From: Marsupella aquatica
Taxonomy: Eukaryota > Plantae > Marchantiophyta
Length of the DNA: 64,000 nt
Assembly (NCBI GenBank): GCA_973895155.1
Contig: OZ316896.1
Coordinates: forward strand, 8,825,539 to 8,889,538
Direction: 5' to 3'
Shown piece after piece: positions 1 to 11,700 of the stretch; position 1 is the stretch's first letter; the number at the start of each line of letters is the position of its first letter. The notes under the pieces were generated by a model. That model was not told the DNA's origin. It ran no database searches and saw only the letters and a list, made by a program, of their open reading frames with translations. A program made the position numbers and the translations under genes.

Positions 1-14
1 TACAAAATGCAGGT

Positions 15-125
15 GACCAATGTGTAACCATTTTTTGAGGTACCTACTATTCCCATAATCTATTGCCCTGCATGTGACCCTGTGTAACCATTCTTGGAGG
101 TACCTCCTATTTCCGTAATCTATTG
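15..125. repeat. Direct duplication, ~60 bp period
   Basis: tgaccaatgtgtaacca...gaggtacctactattcccataatctattg recurs 60 bp later as tgaccctgtgtaacca...gaggtacctcctatttccgtaatctattg. Confidence 0.8.
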
Positions 126-261
126 GAGTGAAGTAACCTTTTCCAGACACTAATAAGTCAGTACAATAATGGAGGTTTGGGCAGGGTTCTAGCCTGAACC
201 ATGCTCCAAGAAAACTTAGAAAAGCTCCTACCCTGTCAGCTTTTCCTCTGTCAAGTTTTCT

Positions 262-390
262 TCTTTCTTCACTTTCTGGTAACAGGCCACCATAGCCCAG
301 GTTTTGTAACAGACCACTATGACCCAGCTTTTCTTAGCTTTCTGGTAACAGGCCACTATAACCCAGGTTTTCTTCACTTGGTAGTAACAT
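262..390. repeat. Degenerate short tandem repeat (gtaacaggccactatracccag core)
   Basis: Three copies of gtaaca(g)gccac(c/t)at..cccag plus a partial fourth, with ttttctt...tttctg linkers. Confidence 0.7.
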
Positions 391-488
391 GCAGCTAAAA
401 CCCAGACCCGGCCCCCATTATCCTATATTAGAGGGGTTTGGAGAAAGCCCCCCCACATTTCACTCACTTCTCTCCTTATCCCTGCCAT

Positions 489-643
489 TGTGCTCCACAA
501 TTTCAGGCATTGTGTTCCACAATTTCAGGCAATGTGCTCCACAATTTCACGAAGCCCATTGAGCTCCACAATTTCAGGCAATGTGCTCCATAATTTCACG
601 AAGACATTGTGTTCTACAATTTCAGGCATTTGTGCTCCACAAT
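489..643. repeat. Minisatellite, 7 copies of TGTGCTCCACAATTTCA with 22-27 bp units
   Basis: Units start at 489, 511, 533, 560, 582, 608 and 631 (last partial). Tails are GGCAW (22-23 bp unit) or CGAAG(A/CC)CAT (26-27 bp unit). Confidence 0.9.
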
Positions 644-857
644 CGCGCGAGAAAGTTGCTCTAAGTGGTGGAACCTGGTGGATCCATGTTTGGTCATGGC
701 TAGTGGGGATTTTATGGTGTGAGCTGTGAGAGTACGAGAGAACACTAGTTTATTGCAAACGAAAGCTGCGAGGGGATAACACATAGAAGATCGTTCAAGC
801 CAGGTTTACAAACTTGGCTCGCTCGAGTGATTCCAGAAACAGAAACGAAGAAAAGCA

Positions 858-1457
858 ATGAAGAACGGTGCTAGTAAAAATGTCACTGAAGAGGCACCCG
901 TCACGACAATCAAATTGAAGCCAATGGAGTTGACTCCTGAAAACTTGAAACCTTACGGGCAGATTGTTCGACCTTCGGCTGATGGTCAGGAATTCGACTC
1001 CAGCGACGCTCAGCTTGATTTGAGTCATGGTATTCCGAGGTTCTACATTATGCATCTGGAGGACCGTAAGAGTTTGAGTTTTGACAATATCACGCATCAT
1101 GCCAGCGTTACCCAGTGCTTGGGTTCCATTGGAGGTCAATCATGGTATCTAGCTGTGGCTCCGGCGTCCGTAGTGCAGGTCCGTGGAGAACCTGACAATT
1201 CTGGTGTACATGCGGTTTGGTCCAAAGCAGGGCACAGTTACGTCCCGCCGTCTCCCGAAGATGTTCGCGTTTTTCGAGTTGATGGTCCACAATTTCTTAA
1301 GCTTCATGCTGGAACTTGGCATGCGGGTCCCTTTTTCACTTCGCACTCGATGGATTTCTACAATCTAGAGCTCAGCGATACCAACGTAGTGGATCACACC
1401 ACTCATGTATTCCGGGAGAAAGATAGGGTTTCCTTCCAGATAGATGATGACCGGTAA
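858..1457 (+). CDS. Ureidoglycolate lyase/hydrolase-like cupin protein (plant type), intronless, 199 aa
   Basis: Complete ORF with family-typical segments LTPENLKPYGQI, DAQLDLSHGIPRFYIM, FDNITHHASVTQCLGSIGG, FLKLHAGTWHAGP and MDFYNLELSDTNVVDHTTH. Confidence 0.88.
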   Translation: MKNGASKNVTEEAPVTTIKLKPMELTPENLKPYGQIVRPSADGQEFDSSDAQLDLSHGIPRFYIMHLEDRKSLSFDNITHHASVTQCLGSIGGQSWYLAVAPASVVQVRGEPDNSGVHAVWSKAGHSYVPPSPEDVRVFRVDGPQFLKLHAGTWHAGPFFTSHSMDFYNLELSDTNVVDHTTHVFREKDRVSFQIDDDR

Positions 1458-2409
1458 CTTGAACACGACAGTCCAATTTATTCTCCTCCAGCAATCGAGC
1501 GGTAGGCTGTTATACTAGGACTCCACGATAAACGTACAGGACTTCGGAGGACGATGATTTAAAACAACTTCACTGTTATACTGTCCATGGCTGCCGGGCT
1601 ATGAGCCAGACACGGCAGGAACTCTTGAAGAAATTCCATTTTGTCAGCAGATTGCATTTGTACATACAGATACACCAGATTCTCCAAGTGGCTATCCCGG
1701 CGTTTGAATTCAACTGCAAATTGTTGGAGAGTAATTGGGACATTACTTTGCAGTGTACCGAGGTGCATAAACTCTCCGAGAACACAATCAACGAAGGTCA
1801 TTCCCAGCCTTTAGAGAAGCAGCCATGATTAGGGTTTACGGTCGATGGTCCGCATTTTACCATTTCGAGTCCGCCGGTGTATTTTGTTTTTGATAACGAA
1901 GGGAGTAATACGGTATCTCTGATTCTTCTCCATATCTGAACCAGATGCCTCTGCGCTCGGGGGATACAGGAGCTTTGATCACCTACTCCCTGTTTGCAGT
2001 CGTGCATTGGTTCTTTTTCTCTAGCAAAACTCCTTCCCGATTGACATGATGGAATTAAGAAGAAATATGGCGTCTGATTGCATCTCTGAAGTGCAAAATC
2101 TAGATGCCGCCTGAAGCAGAACCAAATCCTCCCAAATTTTCATTCTGGTACGAACGATCTACTCAAGGAGTTCTAATCTATATCACCAAACTTCTCTTCC
2201 TCTGCAGAGACGACCGCTGTTTCATTAGACTTCAACAAAACTGAGGATAAGATCTTGCTCAATCATTTCGTTTCGGGTTTAGAGTTCAGTTTGTTGTTTT
2301 GTGGGATTTGGCTTGTTGAGTCTTTTTCTTGGACCATGTTAACACTTCTCCTGCACGCATCTCACCTGTTTTTCAAGGATTTTTACATCCTTTGCTAAAA
2401 AGCACAGCA

Positions 2410-2700
2410 TGTTCGCAGCGTATGGGAGGCGTGGTATGTAGGATGGGGTTTGTATGGTGTTCAAAAATAAGAAGAAAGCAGGTTGCAAGCCAGAGAAGGA
2501 CACCTTCAATGTCGTCGTTGCTGCATATGGAAGGTGTGGTTCAGCAGAGCAAGGGGGAGGAAGAATTCACGGAATGCAGAGGGCAGGTTGTGAGACTGAC
2601 ATAGCGACTTTTGCATGGGAATACGACTGGCAAGCAACTGAGAACCTTCTACGCAGACCTCTAATTCTGAGCCAAATGAGGTTCTCACGCTTCTATGCAT
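2410..2700 (+). pseudogene. Pentatricopeptide-repeat (PPR) gene fragment, frameshifted
   Basis: PPR-like motifs KAGCKPEKDTFNVVVAAYGRCG and MQRAGCETDIATF in ORF 2454-2741; short, with no full repeat array. Confidence 0.65.
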
Positions 2701-2704
2701 GCGT

Positions 2705-2733
2705 ATGGAAATGGAAATGGAAATGGAAATGGA
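2705..2733. repeat. (ATGGAA)n microsatellite, ~5 copies
   Basis: atggaa atggaa atggaa atggaa atgga. Confidence 0.9.
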
Positions 2734-2741
2734 GGGCCTAA

Positions 2742-3070
2742 AGAAGAAAGTGGGCGACCATTATATCTCTATGGAACTCTCAAACTGACCACATTGACAT
2801 CGCAGCACTCTTCAACCTTCCTTTTTCAAGTGGGAATGACCTGTGGCTAATTGGCTTTATTGTGGGAGGCACTATTTTGGGGGCAATTCATGTCTTAGCT
2901 TGGAATTTCCACTTCCCCACTCTTATTGAGAAGATTTTTTGGAGGGCATTTCAATCGCAACAGTGGCAATTCCTACATTTGTTGTACCTCTCTTTTCCGC
3001 ATTCCATCACTCGAATCACAGTACGCTTGTAGCAATACCTCTGGTCGGACATACAATTTTTAGATTTTTC
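2742..3070 (+). pseudogene. Fragment of a multi-pass membrane protein with a GAIHxxAWNFHFPT..E...WR motif (fungal-type family)
   Basis: The frame from 2742 reads ...LWLIGFIVGGTILGAIHVLAWNFHFPTLIEKIFWRA and continues after a frameshift near 2947 as ISIATVAIPTFVVPLF. No start codon. Confidence 0.55.
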
Positions 3071-3477
3071 AATGAGGTGGATGGATACCTTTTGAGTCTT
3101 CACGATATCTGCCAGCAGGGGCTTTCGTAGCCACATGGTCAGGGGACATGCCACTTGTAATGTGATAGAGGAACTATGTGTGGGGAATACCATATTTGTG
3201 AATCAAATCTTGTCATTACAAAAACTGATTATTGAGTAGTAAATTGAAGGCATTGTCAAAGACAAATCAAAGACAAAATGAGATGCATTCACCAGAGTAA
3301 CTTTGCGGCTTCCATATGCCCGCATTGAGATTTATACAGTTTCCTTTATGCTGGATATCAAACGTATTTACATGTTTCTCCTGACAGAGCCCATCTGATA
3401 GATTTAAAACTGCTAGACCTCCTCACTTACTGTCTCTGAAACAATCCATGTAAATACTGGTCAGAGCTAGGTTTCCC

Positions 3478-5733
3478 TCAAATACTTGACAGTGCTTGTG
3501 GTTTCAAGACCTCCCTGAATTCACACACCGGTTTATTGCCAAGTTCTACAAGATCAATAACGTGCTTCAAGTAATGGGTTTCAAAAAAACATGCCATACA
3601 TTCCACAGTTGAGGCAAGCAGAGTTGGTCCGTTTAGATTCACTTCCGTGTCAGGATATGTTTCTGTAGCTTCTTCCACCTGAAGGATGGAGTTTTGAATT
3701 GGCCACGGTGTGTGTGGTCCGTCATCTGTACAACTGGAGAAATCGTTAGATGAACATGTGGAGGAGATAGTTTTCCCCTCGAGACATGCTGCACAGTCTT
3801 TCGTGATGGTTGTCTCATACAGACACAGTGTGCCGATCTGATTCTCCCAGCCCATTCGCATGACTTCATCCCACCTGATCCAACCGCAACCAATCAATTC
3901 TCGACCATTGACAGCGAGCCAGTCTTAGCTCAACCCAAAACTTCGTTATAACACTTTCATTTCAACACCTCACTAGATTCCCTTCAGACTTTCACCGTTG
4001 AGTTTTTCTAATCAAACATCATCTGCGCAACCATGACCACTTCAAGATAAAAACAAATAAGACATTAAGGAGAAGGATAGAGACTTACTTGTCAGCTACT
4101 ATGTATAACTTCTTGTCGTGGTCTGAGGTCAGCTTCAGGGACATTCTCTCAAGTACTCGTTTGGTCCCGGCAGAGCTGCAGCACCACAAGCCAGTCAACA
4201 GTCAACCTATGCTTTTCTTTGTTTACCGACTTCATCCATGGGCAGCGCGATAGACACTCCTGCAATTAGAGTGGAAGACTTCTATGCAGATTCTATCAAA
4301 GGGGCACAACGGAGGCAGATCCTACATACCTGAACGCTATGACAGGAAGAAGTGTGGTTGAACTGAAAGTGGCTGTAACTAAAATTGCCAAGCCAGCTCC
4401 CAAGCTGTGCCCTGTCAATCAGCGTCACTGGCTATGTCAGTACTGATTGGAGACACTGTCTTCTGGACTGTGTAAGAGCCTAAGTCAATATTCAGTTCAG
4501 TTCATGGAAACCTTCAGGACTCATAATTGACCAAAATACCTGTTAAGAGAAACGACGCCTGTGGATAGGCTTCGAGCATCTGTGGAGAAAACAATTAGCC
4601 GTGAACTTAGACAAATAGTTCACGATTGCAAGTTGACTGCATCAGAAACTTGACCAAGGACTTTTACGGGCTCTCTGTCAATGCATCCAGGATAGCCAGT
4701 TCTGGTTAAATATAACAGTCACTGCTCACCTGTGTAGTATAGTCCACAGCTTGCTTGTAGTAGTCAAGAGTATCGCTACTAAACTCAGAGCAATTTCCGG
4801 TGGGTACTGGTACTTCGTCCCAAAGAATCTCATCTGCACAAACGTCGGCTCTGCTCGACTCCGAACCTGTAATATCGGTTCCCCTAAACGCTAGTACCAT
4901 GCGAGCAGTATTGCAGTCCTCCTATGGCAAATATCATTGACACAGGTCAGAATAAGCGAAAAAACAGGCTTGCAAGCAATTATCTCTGCGTCATTCAAAA
5001 CTCTGTAGCCTTTCAGTCGTAGACAAACCCTAGAAAATGAGCAAAAGACCAAAACCTCCTGTTATGCTTTGAACACAATTACTGCAAACGTTCGAAAGTT
5101 GCGCACTGATGTTGTGTTCAATAATGAATCTGTCATAACGATTTGTACATGTATGCAACAAGAGTTGGAGACTTCTACTTTTAGATCGTGATATGAAGAA
5201 CAAAGCAACTGAGTCGACTGAGGTAGTCATTTCTTGTAGTCAGCTCGAAACCTTGGACAGCTGCTTTGAATGGCAAAGCACACATTTCTCTGCACTATTC
5301 ATCCTTTTTTTGGTGTCGAAGAAACTTTCAATCAATAATTCAACAAAACAGCACATTCCTCCCTAATTAGATGTCTACAATGCACAAGAAAGGAAGCTAT
5401 ACAATGCACGCCGCTTCTGGTGTTTTAGCAGAACGGAAGCAGACAGTTCGGTCCCACCTGATACACGATAGCGTGCATGCCACCACGGACAGGAGCAACA
5501 GCATCCACAAGGGTCCAACCTGGGATGCTGATGACGCCCGGATACCGGTACGCATTGGCAGTCATTTCAACCAGTGGGTTCACCACGCTCTTGAATTCTT
5601 CACCATCCATGAATTCCAGCGAATTGACCTCGTCCCACATATCGCCAACACTTTCTACTGAGCTCCTCCGGGTCACCAAAACCACTGCTAAAACAATCCA
5701 AAGCCTAGCGATGAAGAAACAAGGCTTCTCCAT
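3478..5733 (-). CDS. Secreted class-3 lipase / alpha-beta hydrolase, 6 exons, 357 aa
   Basis: Exons 5733-5458, 4921-4730, 4579-4540, 4411-4330, 4175-4089 and 3874-3478, all GT-AG, total 1074 nt in frame. Hydrophobic N-terminal signal; VLAFRGTD; spliced LLTGHSLGAGLA nucleophile motif. Confidence 0.88.
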
Positions 5734-6540
5734 GATGACTGAGCTGCGTGAGTGTAACCTTCGAGAGCCTCCGCTCTACCTTCACTAAACGGAAGAAACT
5801 AGACGGAATATTTTTCGTCTCCGGATGCACCGACAACACAACGCCCTTTAATCAACAAAGGCCAAACATCTTCGCTATGGCATGTCCTCACTTTGGTTCC
5901 CCATGGTTATGAACTTAGATCGGCTACTTTCGGGGATTTGGGTGTTGACTGGAAAGTCTCAATTATACTAAACTTTCCCCCTCTAGTTGATTGCCCGGAA
6001 TTCGCTTTCACTTCATTATTCGAGAGAGCTGCCGAATAATTGTCAGCAGGACAATACACCATTGAAAGCTCCGGACCGAAATGGACGGTATTCACATATC
6101 ACCGGCCACTGTTAACTCAGGAGAGTCGCATCCTTCTGGAAGAAATGGAGATTCTCGCTGCTTTAATCGCAGTCCTCCGATTGCTTCTGACAATGTTTCG
6201 ATATTGGACTCCGATGAAATTTCTTAGTATAATAAGGGCTACATTCCATCATTGGGGGCACTTTTGTTATAAGCTAGCTGGTGGCCAGATGTCAGACAAC
6301 AAGTGCATGCAGAAAGCATGCTGCTACAGCACAGCAGCAAAAGTTGAAAAGCTCTTGCTGCGTGCAGACAGAATACTGCAAAGGCTACCTCGTTCGGAGT
6401 TCGAGATTCAATCCACAGATAAGAAACACGAGTATTCGGGCAATTTTGTTACCTCGGAGATCCAACAAAATCCATTACTGAATTGAGCGACATACAGAAA
6501 ACGGGATACAAGCGCAGATTTCACAGGAGTTTTTCCTTTC

Positions 6541-6730
6541 GGTTTTTTCCTCCCTTTTCTTCCTGTTGTACTTTGTTGACACTTTTTCAGTAAACCCGTT
6601 TCTTCATCGGCACAGAAAGGGCTCAAGACCCTTTTCTCTGGTTCTTTCCTCCCTTCTGTCCTTCTTGTACTTTGTTGACACTTTTTCAATAAATCTGTTT
6701 CTTCATCGGCACAGAAAGGGGACAAGACCC
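6541..6730. repeat. Tandem duplication, 99 bp period, ~2 copies
   Basis: ttgtactttgttgacactttttca...tttcttcatcggcacagaaaggg..caagaccc repeated; seen as a 33-aa repeat in ORF 6408-6824. Confidence 0.85.
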
Positions 6731-8086
6731 CAGAAGGGCAGAGGAGCATGTGTTTCTGACAAGGATCACGGTTGCCGAGGTATCCAGGAGGTTTCCAGAG
6801 ACCAAAATGTTGCTGGCCGGTCACAAACTAAAAATATGGGATTCCTGAAAGAGCACCACTACCCGCACCAAATGTTGTTTTACGCAATATGCATCCACGC
6901 CCTTCAAGAGTCATTCGTCCCCTTTGAGAATTGTCAGCTACCATTCTGTAATTGTTAGCACATAGCTGACCCACGGGAGCGTGTTGAAACCATCTCAAAC
7001 CTGAAACAAGTATGAATTAAGTTGGCTTGAAAGTTGTATTTTGGTAGGTTGCAGACTTAGATTTCTTAGAAGGGCTGACCAGAAAAAAGCGGGAGAGAGC
7101 TTTCTTAGAAACGGATGACCAGGATAGAGGAAGTTGAGGTGCCCTACCAAACTCATCAAACCCAAGGTTAAATGGTGGCTAGGCACTAGCACGTATTTGG
7201 CTTTTTCAATCCATGGGATCCCTTCAAAGAAATTGATGCATGAATTTTGTGTATCCAATGCGGTTTCAGGTTTAGGCGCATCTGATCTACAACATCTGAT
7301 GTCGACAATCGGATTTGTTTTCGTCCTCTTTGGATCTCTTGTGTCCGATTGGAAAAGCAGACTTTATTTGCTTGAAACACCTGTATCATATCATGGAAGA
7401 ATGAAGGGCACCCGTTAAATACAGTTTTTTTCCAATCTCACCTTTGGACCTTCCTATTAGCTTGACTCAACCCTCAGGTTATGCCCACCCATGGTAAGAT
7501 GAAACCCTTGAACCCAAAACCCTGGCCATATATAACTTTTGTTATGGGACATAAGTAAGAGTTATATCCCAGGCCGTAGTCTATCTTGGGGTTTCCATAG
7601 ACGCATTTCATAAGAGTTGGATCTCCAAAATTTGTGAGTCCATAAGACATCCAATGTATTGCAGATTGAACAATTAGGGTCGACAGTCCCGCTCCTAAGC
7701 CAAGGTTGAGAGATAGTGATATTAAGTGCAGTTGAAAAAACTGAGATCTTGATCTTGGGTACAGTGGAAATAATTTCTAACGTGAATCAACAAGGTCAAG
7801 ATTAGAGTGCTTGGTGATAAGACCAGACAGGAATTGGTTGACAAAGTTATCGTGTGACATTCAAAATCAACCCATAAACAGCATTATAGTCAAAGTTGAG
7901 CATATCCCCCCTTCCCATAAAAATAGCAAGAAGAAATGTACGACCTATATAACTTGTGTCATGGCCAAAATAGAGGATATCCCCACTTCCCTAAATAATC
8001 TGTGTCATGGCTAGGCTTTGACACGCCCTGTTCTGATGTCCTCTATGCACAAAATATCTTGTCCCAAAGCTTGCTTGTCTGCAAAT

Positions 8087-8211
8087 GAAAGCTTTCCAGA
8101 ACAGTCGTCGAATTGGTGACTCTCACAACCTTAGTACTTGTACTCAGGTGAAACCTTTGCAGAACAGTCCTCGAAATTGGTGGCTCTCTCACAACCTCAG
8201 TACTTGTACTC
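8087..8211. repeat. Tandem duplication, ~63 bp period
   Basis: gaaa.cttt.cagaacagtc.tcgaa(a)ttggtg.ctctcacaacct.agtacttgtactc occurs twice. Confidence 0.8.
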
Positions 8212-8719
8212 GACCCCAGCTCTCTTACGACTGACCGTGTTGCACCCAACCCTTCTTGGCTACATGGACCAGGGCTATACAGCAAAATCATTGATACAAA
8301 CCGACCAGGAGCTCAGGGTTCCCTGAGAATCGTCCATGGAGGGAGGGCGGCAACACCGTGGCATTCTCACCAACCACCAAACATGGTGAAACACGACCAA
8401 TAGTGTCTTCATCGCATGCATCCAGACGAAGGCCAATTACAGCATACTTCCAACAAATTATTTTCGAATTTCCGAGTACCAGAAGTCAATTAAATACTAA
8501 TTTCAATTCAGCGACTTTGAGCTTGAATTTCCTTCCTCTATCTGGATCAAAAGATAGACATAATGCTCGAACATAATGTACAAAGCTCGTAACCAGTACA
8601 GCGAGAACCATAACTGCTTTGTCAGGTGCCCTAAAGGCACAGTGACTTAAATCTACCTGGTCGGGAGACTAACTTCTATAAAACAAATGGGGGAACCTAA
8701 TTCTCAGTAGAATCAAAAA

Positions 8720-11700
8720 TCACAGGGGAGTATTTGGAAGGCGAGGAAATGCATGGCCTGTATCCACATAGCTAAGCAATCTCCGCAAACGTTGAGCCAC
8801 ATAGCAATGGAAGGGTAATGGAGAATGCCTCAACAGGAACGTAGGACTGACGGTCAACCACGACAGAGCATGGACTTGGGCAGCCACTGACTGTACTGCT
8901 CGATGTGCCTCGAAAAATGTATCCTTGGTAGAATCCTTCGATAGCTTTGAGCTTGCAGTGGGAGAATCAAGACTAGATGAGTTCCCAGAAAGAGCAATCA
9001 ATCCAACATGAAGCGTGGAAGGCCATTCTTCTTTGATAGTCCGCTGTACAAAGTTTGACATGGGTGATGGAGTAGGAGGGGACACGACAAAGGCAGATGC
9101 AAGAGGAGGGGCTAAGGGGCTGCCTTCAAGTAATTGGGCTAATGGGGATGCACTTTGAGAAGTTACTGTCGGCAACTGCCAAGCTTGAGGGGAAAGAGCC
9201 CGCAAAGAATTGGTGGGAACCAGCATGAAAGATCCACCCATATGTGCTAGGGTTTTCACCGTACTGACCCCTGTAGTACTACTAATATTTCCTGTGGAGT
9301 TTGCCGGACCCGTAGCGGATGTCGTTCCGCCTTGTGACAATCCTGGAATACAACACAAAGTCGTTTAACAACATTGAAATTAAATATTCTGCGTTCGTCT
9401 CTATACTCAAGACATATGAACTGTGATTCACATGTGAAGCTAGCAGCTTATGACTAATCCGCATCAGGACTACAGCTACCCTGGGATATATCAAGAAACT
9501 CTTCCTGAGAAAAGTGAAGGGAACGGACCTGATGATGCATTCATGTCACATACAGAAACGGCTTGTAAAGAGTGTTCCACACGAACGGAAACCAAACTGA
9601 TACTGTTGACCCACTGGAAAGGACCTTTGGATTCCATGGGCAGCTGACTGGCACCCAAAGCTTGTCCCTGCCTTCTAGGGAGGTTCATGGGCATCCCCAA
9701 GGGCTTGCTTCTTGAACTGAATGAAGAAGAAGGGTTAGGAGATGGGGGCCTACTAGTGCTGCTAGCCAAGCCCAAAGTTCTATCTGCATTCAGACCCATA
9801 TCTTGCCCCTGCATTGAAGAGTTGCCAGTTGCTGCACCAGGCCATAACTGCAATGGCCACTTCCTTGACTCGTCACCTCCCATTGTCATCACTGTACGGT
9901 ACCATTCTGCAAAAGATTCTACCAGTTAAAAACAATCAACCTAAATGCACAAGCATCCAAGAAAGGTTTCACAAGGCAGCAACTTCACAAAGAACTTGAT
10001 CGATGCTACCACCCATGCATTAGATTACGCCAAAGAAACCACAACATTATTGGACCTTCCATTGTGGAGCATATCTGCCTAGGGTAGGAAAGTTAATAAG
10101 AATAAGATTCTAAAGAGCAAACACACTTCTCTCTAGTCCCAAGAAGTTGCCCTTTTCTTCAAAGAGAAGTACGCAAAGGTCGACAAAGACCTTCGATAAT
10201 TTTCTGAAACCTGTGCAAAGGATTTCCACAAAATCAAAAGGAGACAGAAAGCAGTACGATGCAACAATTTACCTTGGCATTCTTTTTCCGTGAAACCCCC
10301 CAGTCGAGATATGACAATGTTTCGTGGATGCCGACTACCGGCCTCAACAGCCATAGACAACAACTGCAACCCTTGCTGAAGGACTTGAGAGAAGGAGTTG
10401 AGAAAACCTACTTCTCTCTGTGTACCAAATAAGGGTAGAACAAATATGTCCAATAGCTCACCTCGAGCATCAGTCCAAACAGACACAAGCCATTGCCAAT
10501 CATCTGTCCATGTATAGCAACAGTGCAAGTCGGCAGTATTCAAATGACCAGCACCTGCAGTTTGTCCATCTGGGCCCTCAGTGCCGGTATTAGCACCACT
10601 TTCCGGGAGACCTGCAGTCATTCCTGAGGTGCTTCCTGTTATATCATCTAAAGTTGACCTCAATGCTTCTTTACCTACTCCGCGAGCGGGTAGATGATTT
10701 GCATTAGGCTCAGGATATCCCGGATCCGCAAGAATGAAAAGAGGCTCGTATAAAAAGCGAGAAGCCTCGCAAGCGCTTTGAGGGTCACTACCAAGAGAAC
10801 CTCCATCTATAAGGGATGAGTCACCAAATCTTGATGTTGACTGCCATGCACCATCCCAGGGACTCCGAAGAGGCCCAGAATCAAGAACACTATTCGCGCC
10901 ACTGTTGACTCCACTGTTTCTACCAGTATTACAGTCCTTCCACATCCCCGTCATTGTTGGGCCACCTTGAACAATACCCGAGCGACCCCGAGTGGATGAC
11001 ATAATGGTGGGCGGGTTTTCAGGAATCACAATCTTTCGCTCTATCCGGCGAGCTTTACTATAGACACCAAAAGCCACTTCTTTAAGCATATCTAATTGAG
11101 AGGCAAGAGTACCACTACCCTTCATTACTACCTCTGCAGGTAATACTTGCAGAACAAGGCGAGGTGTGGAAAACCCTACGATAGGCGAGATGGCAGAGTC
11201 TTCCCCGACAGCCCCTGCAGACTGATTGTGGCTTGCAGTCCTTCTGTCTTTCTCTGACACGCTGATTCCCAGACATTGTGAAACATCAAGGACAACCTGT
11301 AGGACATCCGCAGGCTCGGAGGAAGGGGAGACAATGTACACCACCTGCACTCATCAATTACAATCATGTCAGCATTGCTTCACAAAGGAACTGGACCACA
11401 ATGTGCCCTAATATTGCCGAAAATCGTACTCAGGTCACAACATTTCAGTAACAAGCAGCAAGTGCTCCAACACAAACAGGGAAAGGCAGAGCTAGTACCG
11501 TGGATGGACTTTGCTCCGGATCCCGTTGCATATTGCCCGGGTTTGAAGATAATGGGACAGCCTTACAGACCCTCAAAAGAGCTTTGCGGTAGTCATCAAA
11601 ATTCCACCCGCTACTCATGCTGGCCATAAAGTCCCCTGTCATGCCCAGTGCTGAACCCAATTGTACAGGATGAGGTGGAGCATCCACAATCATAAAACCC

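Noticed and set aside
489-643. CRISPR-like repeat
   Set aside because: Inter-core sequences are only 5-10 bp and themselves repeated; it is a minisatellite.
1559-2007. Minus-strand ORFs as a gene (possible LRR-like fragment)
   Set aside because: Short and broken, with no motif I can identify.
6040-7418. ORFs of 87-148 aa between the lipase and MED13
   Set aside because: No recognisable domain; one owes its length to a 99-bp duplication; several use non-ATG starts.
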